Made by a program: the position numbers and the translations under genes
Shown: positions 63,740 to 64,000 of the stretch, piece after piece
Layout: every line of letters begins with the position of its first letter
Position numbering within the stretch: the first letter of the stretch is position 1
The notes under the pieces: generated by a model
The model's database searches: none
What the model saw: only the letters and a program-made list of their open reading frames with translations
Told to the model about the DNA's origin: nothing
DNA from: Octopus vulgaris
Taxonomy: Eukaryota
Assembly: GCA_951406725.2 (NCBI GenBank)
Contig: OX597831.1
Coordinates: forward strand, 42,098,001 to 42,162,000
DNA length: 64,000 nt
Direction: 5' to 3'

Positions 63740-64000
63740 GTCTCCCCGATCCGAACAAGTTGAGGAATCTGTGCCGCAGAGAGCTGTATTCAAATATGAA
63801 TGGAGGCACCCGAGCAAAGCGCCGGAGGTTTCACGAGGAAGAGAAGGGACCCGTTTGCGTGAAAATAGGGGAGGAAGTCTGGGTTAAGCCACCAAAGGCG
63901 CGCTGTACGTCTCAATGGAGCAGAGGAACGGTGACGGCGGTCAATTCCAGAAACAACGTCTCCGTGGATGGAATGCCGCGACACGTCTTGGACCTTCGCA
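63740..64000 (+). mobile_element. Gypsy LTR-retrotransposon integrase C-terminal fragment
   Basis: PQRAVFKYEWRHP, then in a shifted frame VKIGEEVWVKPPKARCTSQWSRGTVTAVNSRNNVSVDGMPRHVLDLR. GC content rises abruptly. Confidence 0.75.

Overview
AT-rich, repeat-dense eukaryotic DNA. The SINE families and microsatellites point to an octopod cephalopod (Octopus-like; inference). I assembled two minus-strand genes by hand. (1) A complete 11-exon CRYZL1 (quinone oxidoreductase-like 1 / FERRY Fy-4) ortholog at 53060->20529, 1074 nt of CDS encoding 357 aa. Its intron 9 is a U12-type AT-AC minor intron. (2) The first coding exon of an unrecognised secreted pre-pro-peptide at 1193->1091 (signal peptide, acidic spacer, KR), with a candidate TATA/Inr and non-coding exon at about 15.3 kb. 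The rest is mostly mobile DNA: Penelope-like retroelements (RT + GIY-YIG), RTE LINEs, tRNA- and RTE-tail SINEs, mariner, hAT, piggyBac-type MITEs, Helitrons (including a head-to-tail junction), and R4/Dong and Gypsy fragments. The most striking unexplained layer is about a dozen sequence-diverse minimal type-I hammerhead ribozyme motifs, plus recurrent fold-back palindromes built from the same Penelope-type repeats. One is a 1.4-kb near-perfect palindrome carrying a hammerhead in each arm. Another is a 235-nt hammerhead-bearing insert whose empty site is visible in a duplicated copy. All calls were made by eye, and TE boundaries are approximate.
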